Assembly (NCBI RefSeq): GCF_000143415.4
Contig: NW_003314333.1
Location: 372,001 to 436,000, forward strand
Length of the DNA: 64,000 nt
DNA from: Selaginella moellendorffii
Lineage: Eukaryota > Plantae > Lycopodiophyta
Direction: 5' to 3'
Shown here: piece after piece, positions 49,410 to 62,664 of the stretch
Layout of the letters: each line of letters opens with the position of its first letter
Numbering within the stretch: the stretch's first letter is position 1
Position numbers and translations under genes: made by a program
The notes under the pieces: generated by a model
The model's database searches: none
What the model saw: only the letters and a program-made list of their open reading frames with translations
Told to the model about the DNA's origin: nothing

Positions 49410-52400
49410 ACTCCACCACCCATAGACGAAGTTAGATGTCCTCATCGAACGGCAAACCATTTTATAAAGTAACACCCGCATGTGTTACCATTTCCATCCT
49501 TGGCACCTAGCCAATATTTGTCAATGGTTTGACATTGAAGGCTCACCATGCCTTCTCCATATTCATCAATGGTTTGACACCAAAGGCTCACCATGCCTTG
49601 CCCATCCTCTAAAGAGGATAGTCTCTCTAACTTAGAGACTCACTTGACCACCTGGGGTGGTTTGCTCCTTTTTTTTGGTTCAGTTCTCGCTAAACCCGTT
49701 AGAGACACCCTCTCTAACTCAATTCCACTACTCATTCTTGAGTAGTCACAGATTCCATTGATCTACCTTTGCACTTTGGAATGTTTACTCTTGACTTTTT
49801 GGAGTCAATTTCCTAGGTGTCTTCGACACCTTGCCTTGCACATTTTGTGCAACTCCACTTCCCCTCCTAGGAAGTTCTCTACTCGAGGGCACCCTCATCC
49901 TCTTTTCTATTTTTGTGCCACCATTGGCATTACGTTCCATTTATCATTATTTGTGCTAGGGCTGTCCACGGCCCTATCTTTTGGCTACTTAGTTGCTCCC
50001 TCACTTGGAGCCTTTCCTTTGCCAAATTGGAGCACTTGGGAATCCATCCTTGGAAGCCCACTTCTTTTTCTGCAATCCGTTAGCATCAAACACATTAGTG
50101 TTCCTTGGCTAACTTTGCCACTTAGATTCTTTCCAATGGATTCCACGGGCCTATCTTGGGCACTCGTTTTTTGCTCCTATCTTTGGATTGTTGCACCAAG
50201 CAATATAGGATCGCTACCTCCATTTTTGAGGTTTCCTTTCGGTTCCATAGCAAACACTTTGCTTTTGCCAAGTCCAAAGGGTGTTCACCCCTAGTACGTC
50301 TCTTTAACATTTTCTATCGTGGGCTCTATCCACGGCCCAACTCTTTGAGACTCTCCCTTGGATCTTTTATAGAGACTACTTTCCTTGGACTTACTATGCC
50401 ATAGCATTGACATAGCTCATTTCCCTTAGGTGTGCCTCCCACTTGGTCACCTCAACCAAGCCACACCTTTATCAATGGTTCAAATCAACACTTTGAACTT
50501 AAGAATCATATTCCTTAACCCAAACAAAGACTTTGTCCTTGTTTAGCCACAAGATCACCTAGTGATCTTATCTTGACCCCTTAATAGGTCTATCAATAGG
50601 GACTAGGTCTTCCAGACCCTTCTAAGTTGTTGACTATGACCCCGGGGGCATCCCCCACACTTGGCGGTGCGCCCAAGCCAGCCCTTCCAGCCAAGGATCC
50701 ATAGCAACTGAGACTGGGTGTCCCCATCTCATTCACCACGTCCTTGGTGCCCTTTGCACCAAAGTGTTCAAGTTAGATATGTTGAGCTTTCACTCTAAGC
50801 AATCTAACCGTGCATCACGACTCCGAGGCATCCCTCACTTGGCGGTGTGCCCAAACCAGTCTCCACACTGAGAGTCCATGACCACCGAAAAATGAGTGTC
50901 CTCATATTCCAAACCATCACCACACCCTAGTGAGTTGGGACTCGAACCCAAGCACTAGAGGGTCAGGACTCGAACCCAACCTCCGTATATGCATCTACGG
51001 ACGGCATCATCCAGGATGCCTAGCGTGACTCCCCACGCCGGTGCACCAACTTGTACTCAAAGCGCGCTATAGATCATAGCTTAGGAACCTAGTTCCTCCA
51101 CACTGCCAAGTCCTCTCACTTGACAAGTCTATGATCATGTATGGACTCCTCCATGCTTGGCCTCATGGCCCACCCTTTTGAAGTTATCACCTTCAACTAG
51201 GGCATTTGTTCCCCTGACTTGCCAATCTCGCTTTGGCAAGTCCTCCGACCACTGTAACATGGTTCCTGCACAAGCGTGAAAGCCTTTGATCATCGACTTT
51301 CGTTCAAAGCCCTCTCTTTGAACACTCGGGAACTACTTCTCTAACCTTGATAGCCTTGCCTCATGGCAAGCTTCAAGACCACGCTTCTGCTGCGCCACTT
51401 TGATTTCGCACGTTCTTTGAACCATTTACGCTTGGCCTTTTTAGGTACTAAGCTACCTAGAATCATCTTTGGGAACCTTGAAGGAACTCTGTCCCTTAGC
51501 TTGTTAAGGCCTCCCTTTTTGCAAGCTTTCCAATTACCATATAGTCTAACATGGACAATTCCATATTTTAGACTCTCCATGGCATCACGGTTGCTAGCGG
51601 CAACACCCTCGAGCCCCCACTTGATTCTCCACTCCCAGCTGGCATAACCAACCTTGGTTATGCCCTTCGATTCGTATGGTTCGGTTCTACCCCCTTACTT
51701 CTTGCTTTTGGCTTCACACCTTTCCTTTGGTCATTCTCCTCCAGACCAGGAGGATAGCTTTGCACTTTCTATCATGCCTTAGCAAGTATTCTTAGGGATG
51801 AACCTACCCGATAGCCTAGGGAGTGGTTCCTCAATCCAGGTATGCTCACCCTATAATCCCACACACCGAGATTATGTTGTTGCTTATGGGCCTTTACATG
51901 CCCATTGCTAGCCTTGCCAAAATTCCATTTTTGGCTTTGTTCAATTTGAGTAGACAGTCTTCTCCTGTCTTCGCCACCTTGGACATTTGGATAGCACCTT
52001 TTATCCATCATTCGCTAAGGACTTAGTCCCTTGGGTCTTATCTATTGCCCTTGCGACATCAAACACCATCTCCTGGTGTTCTAGAGTGTTTGGGTGTCCC
52101 AATGATGGCTTCCTTGACAATGAGTATTTCCTTCTATGACATTGACTTACTATATCGCAACATAAGCAATTTATCCCCCGTAAGGGTATATCCAACTTCC
52201 CTATGCCATTAAGAAGGCTTGGGTAGCTACCTTCTACCCGTTTAACCAATTATTTTGCACCTCTTGCTTAGTTGCCTCATAGTTGTCAAGTCCTACAACT
52301 CATTGCTGGTGCTTCCACACCTCCATCATTATCTGGGTCACCACACTCCAACCGCATGCTCTGCAACTTAGGCTATGCCATTCCCATTTCCATTGGGATT

Positions 52401-53370
52401 CCTTTGGCAAGGAGTTCTCATGAACCCACCAACATAGCCTCAAGGTATCACACCTTGGCACATTTGGTGTCTCCACACCATCGGCTTCACGAGCCTACCT
52501 CTATGACACTTCTTCTTTGTGTCTACGTCTTTGCCAAGACCAATACCACTCTTTTTCATGCCAACCATCCGTTAGCACTGCACCATAGAGGTCACACACA
52601 ACTTTGTTTCAAAGTTGTTTTCTTTTGGGAACACCCTTCCCACGACTTTAGCATGGCACATTTTGCCATCGATGAGATACCCTCTGTTCTCATCCTTGGA
52701 TCCTATGATCCCCCCCATCCTTCGTAGGGTACCACACACCTCAGTCCAAATGCTTCCATCAATCCTTTAGGATTATTCCTTGACTCTATTGGAGTCATCC
52801 AGCTTTTTGGACTTGGTTAATCCACAGACCCGTAAGGTCTTACTTGTGGGGCACTTGCTCACTGGAATACACTTCTTGCATTCACATCCTACTCACAAGG
52901 ACTATTTTCACAAGTGTTACTCTGACACTTGATTTTGTTCTCTGGGGCAACCTTTGCCCCTTAGGACTACTTGTCCATGTGATGAGAATAACAACTCATC
53001 TCTAGGTACACCCCCCAACTCCTTGGGTTGTTCCAGCATTTATTAAAGGTAGCCCCAGCTACCATTTCAAAGACTTGAGTCCTCTTCCGTATTTGACCTC
53101 CCATGGTCATCACTTCAAGTCTCATATTCATGAGCACTAACCTCAACTATATGAGGATAACTATATACTGTCCCCAAGATCCCAAAGTCGTTCCCTTACT
53201 GGCCCCTTTTCTATCCACCACATCGCGCCCAAGTTCATGCATGAACTCGAGTGGAGAGCCATGTCCTCTCGACGTGCTACTCCTCAAGGATAGGCCCACT
53301 CTTAGGACCTTCCGATGCCAATATCAATGGTGATATACTTGAGCCCCAATAAAAGTCGGACTAAGGAACA

Positions 53371-53382
53371 GCTCCGATACCA
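53371..53382 (-). promoter_or_regulatory. Primer-binding site (tRNA-iMet-like)
   Basis: TGGTATCGGAGC on the minus strand, 3 nt from the LTR. Confidence 0.9.
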
Positions 53383-53385
53383 AGT

Positions 53386-55095
53386 TGTAAGCGACTAAAT
53401 TTTCCACTCTACTTTAGTCACTTAACCACACCTCTGACCATTTGGAGGAGTCTCATTCACAACCTCCATAAGTCCCATTCAGGACTTGGGGCTTGCTAGC
53501 CCCGAGAATGGCATCCATGCCACTCAACCTTTGCACTTGGTCCAAGTGCTCCACGTGTCCGATCCCATGACCGACACCCCAAGGTACCACCGATATATGA
53601 GCCTGTTACGCTAGGCCACGCTCATTCACCTTGGTCACATCGGTGGTCTAACACCACTTGCATTGCAATCCCGTCTCTCCAAGACTGGGCCATCCGTCCA
53701 TGAGTGATCATCCCAGATCCACTCCTTAGCATCCTTAGGATGCCCCCAGACATGGGGAATAGCATTCACCAATATCCCCTTTCCGGTCCCCACCAAGTCC
53801 CTTTCTGCCCCTGGCCGTGTTTGCCAACACTACCACTGGATCGAGGCCCACAGGCCTGACCACTAAGTCCCATGGTCCTCTGGGACTTCCTCACCACACG
53901 ACTGTGTCCTTGGTCACTACCCTAGAGGACTGCTCCTCTTCCTTTCCACAGTCTAGGCCTTTGGGACAACATTTCGGAACACCGTGGCCTTACGCGAGTC
54001 ACCTGGGTACTCTCCCTGCCTTTCGCCTTTAGGTGCTCTAGCCATGGGCTTAGAGCGAGGTTCCGTTGAGCCACGCCTGGTATCCAAGTAGGTAGTGCCA
54101 CCCACACTTGGACTGGGAGCATCGGCCAGTCAATCTCCCGGGGGAACTAGAGCCGGCTCTTGAACACTTCACCAAGCTACCCCGCTTGTCGGTCCGTATT
54201 CACTCTAGTCTTGGACTTCCCAGTGGTCAGTTCATCACCCAACACTGGGTCTGGCCTTCCTGGGCCAAACTGGCCTTTCCTGGCCAAACTGGCTCCACTG
54301 CAGTCCTCCCCCTTACTATACTTTTGGAGCTCACCAAACCCCCCAAGGTCTGGGAGACGAACGCTTTGGGCTTTCACCCTCTCAGACTCGAACTCGGGCT
54401 CGGATTCGGACTCGGACTCGGACTCGGACTCGGACTCGGACTCGGACTCGGGCTCGGGCTCGGGCTCGGTCTCAGCCTTGGCCTCGGCCTCGGTCTCGGT
54501 CTCGGTCCCGGTCTTGGTCCCGGTCTCGGTCTCGGTCCCGGTCTCGGTCTCAACCTCGGACTCCATCTCGGGTCCTTCTCGGACTCCATCTCGGACTCCA
54601 TCTCGGACTCCATCTCGGACTCCGTCTCGGTCCATCTCGAACTCCATCTCGGGTCCATCTCAGACTCCGTCTTGGTCCACCTCGGACTCCACCTTGGACT
54701 CCATCTCGGGTCCATCTCGGACTCCATCTCGGACTCCATCTCGGGTCCATCTCAGACTCCATCTCGGTCCACCTCGGACTCCATCTCGGACTCCACTTCG
54801 GACTCCACTTCGGGTCCATCTCAGACTCCAACTAGGGTCCGTCTCGGACTCCATCTCGGACACTTCCACGTGTCATATGTTGGTCCTTTTTGGGTCCCTT
54901 TTTGGAGCCTCACTTATTGCTCACTTCGTGCTTGTTCCTCGAGCACTTTGTTGGGAGTTCCACTCCCGCTCTCGACCTTCCAAGTCAGAGCTTTTAGTCC
55001 AAACGTGTTACCCTCGTTTGGGCTTTCGCTTCGGCCACTACCACGTGGCACCTTTTCCAGCTCCACTTTGGGGCCTAGGGATTTTGTGTCTCACA
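53386..55095 (-). repeat. 5' LTR of family B copy 2
   Basis: Direct repeat of 47688-49409. Confidence 0.95.
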
Positions 55096-58000
55096 TTTAG
55101 CTGCTAGCACCATCAAACCAAAACCTGTTATAGCATCAAGCACAATTCTTTTAGGAGGACAAAATAACTCTAGAAGGATTTGCATGGCCTTTGATAAACG
55201 GTGTTGATAGTCAGAGAATTTTATATGATGGTCCTCGTCGATGACATTTGGGATGATATCTATTGAGCTATCATATCTTAGCAATGCCAAAACCTCCACA
55301 CTCATCAGCTCGTGTAATATTGTGACAGCAAGAGTAGCGGCAGAGAGAATGGTAATTCCATGCTAAAACCTATAATGTAAAAAGGCAATCAATTTAAGAT
55401 ATGAAAAATAAAGAAATGCAAACTTTTTGGATTCGGCCATCTGCTCCTTTTGTTTCAACTAGGATGTTTGAGAGTAGGTAGCCTAATGCAAACTCAACCA
55501 ATCTAGAGTCATCATTCTCCACCATCATTGTAAGAAGACCTCCCCAAAATAAAGAATGGGGAAGAAGACTAGCATAATGCCCTCATATTGCAACACCTTG
55601 GATGCCACATCCACCGCTTAAGAAATATGGTCTAGTCAAAGGATGTTCCAAGATGGAGTGTCATCTTGTAAAGGTGGTAACCCATCAAGCAAGTTGAAGA
55701 ATGCGAGGTCGATGCTGAAGGTATTGTTCATTCCCAATCCTCGCATCCATCTATGGAACATAAAAGACTCTTGGCTTATGTCATTGAAAAGCTGAAAGTA
55801 GTCCCCAATAACTATTTCCATGTTGCCAACACTTCCTGTAAGAGAAAGAGAACGAATCTGAATAGTGTTCAAAAGTGGGAAATATTAAAGTTAATACATG
55901 TTTTTTTATCATACCTGTTTAAGTAAAGCCGATGAAGATAACTCTTGGAGGTCATCCTCTGATGGAAACAATGCATTTATACGTCAGTGTATAGAGTGTT
56001 GGGTGGTTTCTCTGACATCTATAACCAAATTACAATAAACAAAGTCATTGGAAATCAAGTTCTTACTTTCTTGGAGTCCTCATTATGGAGCTGCCTTTAT
56101 ACATTTCAAGTAGTCAAGGCTGGACGAGCAACAGTAATAGGATCTAGGGAATGAGTAACTGCTGTAGGATGAGATGGGGTAGGAAAGTTTTCAGCCGGGT
56201 TCTCCATTTGTTCCTCTTTGGTCTGCTCAATATGAATTTTGTCCTTATCTTGAGGCATCTCCACTCCCTCTAAAAGTGCTTTTACAATAAAGTAGAAATA
56301 TAAGTTATTGCAAGGAAGTTTTACTCATCAAACCTAGATAACACTCAAGGTAGAGATCAAGCTCAAAAGGTGATGATGGCATTTGCCTCCATAACTCCAA
56401 GTACCATGGATAAAGTTCTTACTCCAGTATAGTGGGACAATGGAACTTTGGTTCATACATGCCAAGTTTCTTCCCACTAGTTAAGAGCATGAGAAAAACA
56501 TTTGTTGTGTACACTAGAGCACCTGGACAATGATTTAAATACCTACAAAAAAGCTATGACAAAATAACAAGTCAATTTCTTGCAATATACCTATATGCCA
56601 TACGGCACAAGAAAAATGGTTGGCCCAATTGGTTCTTGAAATCCATGGAGCTTGAGCTGCCATCAAAAAGCTATCCATCCCCAAGCTCTTGAAGAGAAGC
56701 TTAGATATATTCTAGAAGTGTTATGCCGGTGCAGACACTAGTAAAGAACTTTGTATCCCATGCTTGAAGTAGCTCCTCAGCAACCGCAATACTCTGATAG
56801 ATATGGAGCTTTTCCTTCATAACATTCTCAAGTTTGCTCTCCAACCTTTTATCATTGTTATGATGCCAAATGTTGAGGAGCTCCAAGCAAAAGGTTTGTT
56901 TGTTGAAGGAAAGCTTGCTTTTTGTGATATTATAAATCAATTGTTCAAGTGCTTTACCATTTCCTGCAAGGACAAGGATTTCAAAGTGGAATGAGAAAGA
57001 TAAAAGGGACTAATTTATTGCCACAAGAGCATATCTTTGCAATGCAATCTAGCTAATCTTTATTGTGTCGGATGTCTGCAATCACAAGTAACTTCTTCAC
57101 CTTTGATTTCTTTGAGTTCAAAATGCACTGCTCAATTTATTGTAATTTGAGGTTCTTTTGCATCTCATCCATCACTTGCGTAATCTTCAAATATGAGTTT
57201 TGCTCCACCTTGACAATTGGCTAAAGGGAAAACTTGTGAATAGAAAACACAAGTTCATGCAAGAAAAGGATACCTTTGCCCAAACTGCAATTAAAAAATC
57301 CATAGGCACCTGATACCAAGTAAGCAACTCTTGGCCTTTACGTGCTACAATTTTGCTTGAATTACTTCCATAACCTCACGACTATATAGCATTTGGATTT
57401 CTTGGAGAGAAAGCATGCTAATATATCAAAGGTGCTCGATATCATGGACCAAGGTATGTGCTTGGAAAGCAAATTGATTAAGCCTGTAATATAGTTGGTG
57501 AGAACAAAGGTTACTAGTAAGGGATTTTTATATATTGATCTTGTAACATGCCAAGTTGAGCCTCATAGCTTGGTTTTGATCCTCTAGCTCCACAAGTGTC
57601 ACTAGAACACTTGTCATTGTCCTAGAACTTCTCTTGGATACATCTCTAAAACACTAGCCATTAGTGGTTTCCATCAATAATGAAGAACATCTAGCCTACA
57701 AAGGCTTGTATCTCCTTGTAGCATGCCATCAAAGTATCAAACTCTTGAGATTTCCTTTGCCATATCTGATCCTAAGTCTGCTTGATCTTACGAGTAACCA
57801 TGTCTATGCAATTTGTTTTGGGGAATGATGACGACACAATAAATGATCTAGCAGTGTTCTCGAATCCAACCTCTGTGAAAGAGGTATAAATAGCCATGTT
57901 AAGGTTATAGGCTGAGCACACCCAATGACTCTGCTTAAGACAGAAAAGTGGAATCTGAAGATGTTGGGATCCTTTCCAAGCCATTTCACTTAACACCCTG

Positions 58001-58569
58001 CTGATAGTTTGTTTTTGAGCCTAGACAATAATCTCGTATACTTGCTCATTCAAGATTACGTTGGCCTCTAGCATAGTTGCCATCTCATTTTTGTGACCTT
58101 CAAGAGTAGCAGCATGTCCGCCATTTCCACCACCAAGATCTGCCCCACCACCTATAGCACCAAGTGCCTCATTCTACCACCAAGTTCTGCCCCACCACCT
58201 ATGGCATTAGATGCCTCATTTCCACCACCATTGCTAGCTTCTTCTGTGCTATAGATAGATTTTGCATTTTTGCACTCTCTAGAACTATCTGGCTTCTGCA
58301 TGCTAACACCTAGATCAGGATCAACCATTTTTTGGATCTGGACACCACTGCTCCCACTATAGTCTTCCTCTAAAGTAGCACCTTGAACTTGTGAGGTGTC
58401 CCTAGTGAATCTAGCATAAGGATTTAGTCGTTTTCTTGGAGAATGAGTCCATTGAAGTTGACCGGCATGCTTCTTCTGTTGTGGCACGACTTATATGTCT
58501 ATATAAAAATGACAAAAGAAACTTGAGTAAACATTAAAAAAAAATTTAAAGAAAAATAGGAGCAATTTC

Positions 58570-59031
58570 TTTAGCGTTGGGAAGATCGGTTCATTGCCGA
58601 ACCAATCTTCTAGCACCAAGAGAACAAAAGAAAAAAAAAAAATAACTCCCTTAGTGCTGGGAAGATCAATTTGTTGCTAAACCAATCTTCCAGTACCAAG
58701 GGAACAAAGAAAAAATGAAAAGAAGTAGCTCCCCTACCACTGGGAAGATTAGTTCGGTGGCAAATCAATCTTCCAATGCCAAGAAAATTAAAGAAAAAAA
58801 GAAAAGGAACAGCTCCCTTAGTGCTGAGAAGATTAGTTCGGTAGCAAACCAATCTTTTAGTGCTGAGGTAACAAAAAAAAAAAGAAGAAAAGAAGCAATT
58901 CCCTTGGCACTGGGAAGATTGGTTTATTGCCTAATTGATCTTCTCAGTGCCAAGGGAACAAAAAAAAGAAAAAAAAAAAAAAGCAATTCTCTTAGCACTG
59001 GGAAGATTGGTTTGCCGCCAAACCAATTTTT
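58570..59031. repeat. Array of about 6 imperfect ~52-bp hairpins separated by poly-A (~84-bp period)
   Basis: CTTAGYRCTGGGAAGATTGGTT...AACCAATCTTCCAGYRCCAAG units near 58570, 58650, 58732, 58816, 58902, 58990. Confidence 0.88.
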
Positions 59032-59393
59032 ATTGAGGAAAAAGTGGTTGCCAAGAGAAGATAGTGTTTGGCATCATTCGAGCTGAGCTTGCAAGCTCAT
59101 CCCCTACTCCCCATATCACTGTGGATCCTGCACGAGTTGAGGAAGGAGGCCCACACCACCTTGTCTAGGACAAAAGGCATGGCTTTAAAAGCTCTTCCAG
59201 GTCACCCATCCGGCCAGCCCGTCTCTCTCTACTGCTTTTCCATCTCCGCATCTTTTGCTCCTAGCTCGCGAGAAGCTTGCGTCTCATGGTTACTTCGTAT
59301 TGGAATGATCAATTCAGTAGTGAATCAATCTTCCCAGCATATCAGATTTTGGGTTTTTTTTTCTTGTTGTTCCCTTGGCACTTAGTCTTGACA

Positions 59394-61408
59394 ATCGGTC
59401 CTAGTTCCTCAATAGCAGTTGATGGTAAATATAGTATAGTCGATTCAATGTGCTAATAAGTTTGTTTTTAGTAGCACGGGAGGATACCATCTCAATCGAA
59501 GGGAGATATTTGGACATGCATATGGATCCGCAAGTGGACTCTACTTGCCTGCAAGAGTCATCAGAGCTGGTGGAGGCTACTATCCATATCAATGCCAAGC
59601 AAGCTGACCACGCTCCACTTGATGCTGCCCATACCACTGAGTCAATCTTGTCCACGTATCCAACTGACGGTGACCAGGCGCCATTGGACCCGCATGAGGC
59701 CGCCCCAACCGCCGAGCCGGTCGTATCCTCATTTCCAACGGACTCAACGTGTGCCCAATCATCTGACTACGCGCCGTTGGAACCTCCCTACACCGCCCCT
59801 GCTACCTGTTTGGTCATGTCCACTTTGCAAACGGAGGCACCAGCTGAAATGGTGTGTGATCACACGCCATCAGAACCACCCCATGCCACTATTGAGCTAG
59901 TTGTACCAGAGTCTACAGCTGAAATGGCATGTGCCCACACACCATTGGATGCAATTGACCCCACATTGCAGAGGAGAGTATTTCCGCCCTTCACGTTTCC
60001 TCAACCAAAACCCTCTCAACGACCATCGGGAGCACCATTCGCTAATATTGTAGATGGTAAAATTGACTTGTACCATTTTTTATGCTGACGCATTTCATTT
60101 CAGAGTCACGGCGAAGGTACTATATCGTTTTTGATCTGAACGGTGTCCTTTTCTCCCATGAGCGTGGCTCGTCCTCGAATGTCACTGCACCCTCCAAAGC
60201 TTGCAATCGCAAATTGGTCAAAAGAGACAAATTCACATTAATCACACGGGAGAAACTGCGGGATCTAATAATGACCATGCGACACTTAAAACAGAGGGCC
60301 GGGTTCAATTTGCAATTGGGAGTTTGGACATCCATGATGCGCCACAATGCATTAACGTTGCTATAGATGATGCACGATCAGACGCGAGTAATATTACCAT
60401 TTGACTTTCTCCTAACGCAGGAGGATTGCTTGACTATGGTCCATGTGAGGGGTAGCAAGCCCATCTTCGTCAAGCCAGAGGCTGTAGTGATGAACCGGAC
60501 TGCTAGGTCAAGTGAAATCCTCATCATCGATGACTCGCCGATTAAAACTGCAGCGAACACGCACACATATGCAGTGCACCCCATCTCTTGCAGTATGGAA
60601 ACTAGGGAGAAGAAACCGTATGTTCTGGGGGACCTTGCAAAACGGCTTGGAGCGATGGTGATAGAGAACCGGCCAGTCCAGAAGGTGGCTGTAGAAATCA
60701 ACCAAATGGCAGATGGAACGGTATATCAGAAGCCATTTGATCAGATAGACACCAGTCACCATTTATGGCATGTATATTGTCTAGCTAAGCACTATCCGCA
60801 TCTCCATAATCTGGTCAACCGGATGGGTTCTTCGACCACTGAACATGAGCGTGGACGTATTAGAGAAGAGATGGCATTACTATTGGGTTTAAATTCTGAT
60901 AGTGTGGAGAGTGATGAAATTCCAAGATTATTGTATAGGTGTTGGAGGCAAAAAATAACAATCTAAGATGGCATGTATTTATTTCAAAATGTAACTTATT
61001 ATGGCATGGGGTTCCATGCCATTGTATTAATATTAAAAGACAATTCTTTGAGAGGATTTGCATTATACTAGAAGTGTTACAGCATGTTATTGGAAGTCTA
61101 CGAAGTTGTATTATTAATAAGGGGAAAGTAAAGATTAAATGGGGACTTGGGCTCCACCTAGACTCGGAGCAACTAAGCCAATATTAAAAGGATGGAAAGA
61201 AATTGGACGACAATGACAAGGAGAAGAGAGAGGTGAAGCAGTGGCAGGGGGAGGAGAAGTGATTGAGTAGACATTTCCTTGTTTAAAATAAAATGGCATG
61301 TGCCTCAATGCAGTTGAATTTTGTTATATTTATATACTATATAAAGGTTTGGAAACCTTATTTTACAAGTGGGATAATGACAATTCCCACTTTAAGGAAA
61401 TAGAGCTT
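59394..61408 (+). repeat. 2015-bp duplicate of 34492-36506 (Pro-rich exon and FCP1/NIF-like exon)
   Basis: Near-identical with scattered transitions; abrupt junctions with no TIR or TSD. Confidence 0.95.
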
Positions 61409-62664
61409 TCTACCAAAGTTGCTCGTGTAATGAGTAACTTTGAGTTAGGGATTGGATCACATACCTCAGTTTGGACTTTACCCGACTTGATGGCCATATT
61501 GGCTTTGGCCTTCTTTGGGTAGGGACATTCCCTCGAAAAGTGTCCCGCTTCACCGCAGTTGTAGCATACGTTATTTCCCATGCTGCTATACAACTTGACC
61601 TTTTTATCCATGGGTTTGTCTCTTTTTGCTTGATTCCCCCACCTACTCACTCGCTAGCCACCGGATTTGCCTTTTCGGAACCCCAAGGACTCATTCTTAG
61701 AGAAACTCTTCTTGAATTTCCCTCTGCTAAACGTTCCCCTTAGTTTGGCCCCTTTGCTAAAAGTGAATCCCAACCCCGTCGTGTTCCCTTTTCACAGGTT
61801 ATCGTTGAAATGCACCTTGATGGCCGCATCCAACGCTTCCTTGTAGTTAGTCGGGTTCCACCGCATCACTTCACTGCGAGCCTAGGTTTGCAAACCTGAT
61901 ATGAAGGCATGGAACGCATCCATATCCCCCATGTCCGTGACAAGTATCCTCTTTGCCATAAACCCATTCACATACTCCTGAATGGTTCCGGTCTACTTCA
62001 GCCTACTTAGCTCGTCCCTTAGATTCAGAGTAGCATTCAGAGGAACGTAAGTTGCACGGATCCTCGCCTTCATCATTTCCCAAGTGGCCACCGGTCCTTC
62101 GTTGGCCTCTGTCATTCTCCACCAAGACTTGGCATTATCTGCCAAGTATGGTTTTGCACATGGGACCTTCTCCGAGCTCGGTAATCGCAATGCTCGGAAG
62201 TAGTCCTCCATATCATAAAACCAATCTTCCACCACCTTATAGTCGTTCACTCCCTTGAAGACCAGTGGGGGCTTTGGTTTGTACTTGGGAACTGCCTGAG
62301 GGACTGATTCCACTTCGGTCTGTTCGACCTTGTCTAGTTTTGCCTCAGTCCCTGCCGAAGGGTCCGCACCTTCTGCGCTGCCAGCATCCATTGTCTTTGG
62401 CTTTTTCTTCCGCTTCTCATCACGCTTTAGCTTGTGTACTAGAGTCTCCAGCAGGGCATTGGTCTGTGCCAATTGTCCTTCTAGAACGTCCAATCGAGCC
62501 TTGGACGACCGAACCTCACCACCAGACTCCTGTTTGGAAGTTGCCTCACTGGAGTCCTCCTCATGCAAGGATTCCTCATCCATAGCCTCCTGTTCGACCG
62601 AAGGCTCCAGCTCTGGAGGAGGTTCCGTCTCTGCCTGGGTTCGCTTACGTCCTACCCTTGCCAT
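61406..62664 (-). pseudogene. gag (with CCHC knuckle), premature stops, truncated
   Basis: MARVGRKRTQAETEPPP...VEDWFYDMEDYF...CYNCGEAGHFSREC. Confidence 0.9.

Larger units (their letters stand above)
47688..55095 (-). mobile_element. Non-autonomous LTR retroelement family B, copy 2 (structurally intact, LARD-like)
   Basis: Perfect TSD TTTAG (47683-47687, 55096-55100); LTRs 47688-49409 and 53386-55095; PBS 53371-53382; PPT ~49410-49421; ~4-kb interior without a coherent ORF. Confidence 0.95.
47605..58490 (-). pseudogene. Decayed multi-exon ParB-like + N4/N6 DNA methyltransferase-like gene, split by family B copy 2
   Basis: FVG*MFFIIDGNH*W at ~57658-57700; GDYFQLF...SIDLAFFNLLDGLP at 55636-55830; LLELFCPPKRIVLDAITGFGLMVLAAK continues in frame across the TSD into ETSCAVLALDKE...HNK* (47687-47605); 5' end approximate. 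Confidence 0.7.

Noticed and set aside
48410-49472. Long Ser/Glu/Pro/Arg-repeat ORFs on both strands (also 2996-3468, 9379-9784, 12697-13421, 54108-55107, 63514-63835)
   Set aside because: By-products of stop-free hexamer arrays in LTRs; open in several frames with no domain signal
58570-59031. CRISPR-like repeat-spacer array (also 40416-40626)
   Set aside because: Eukaryotic context, degenerate repeats, spacers poly-A or identical, no cas genes
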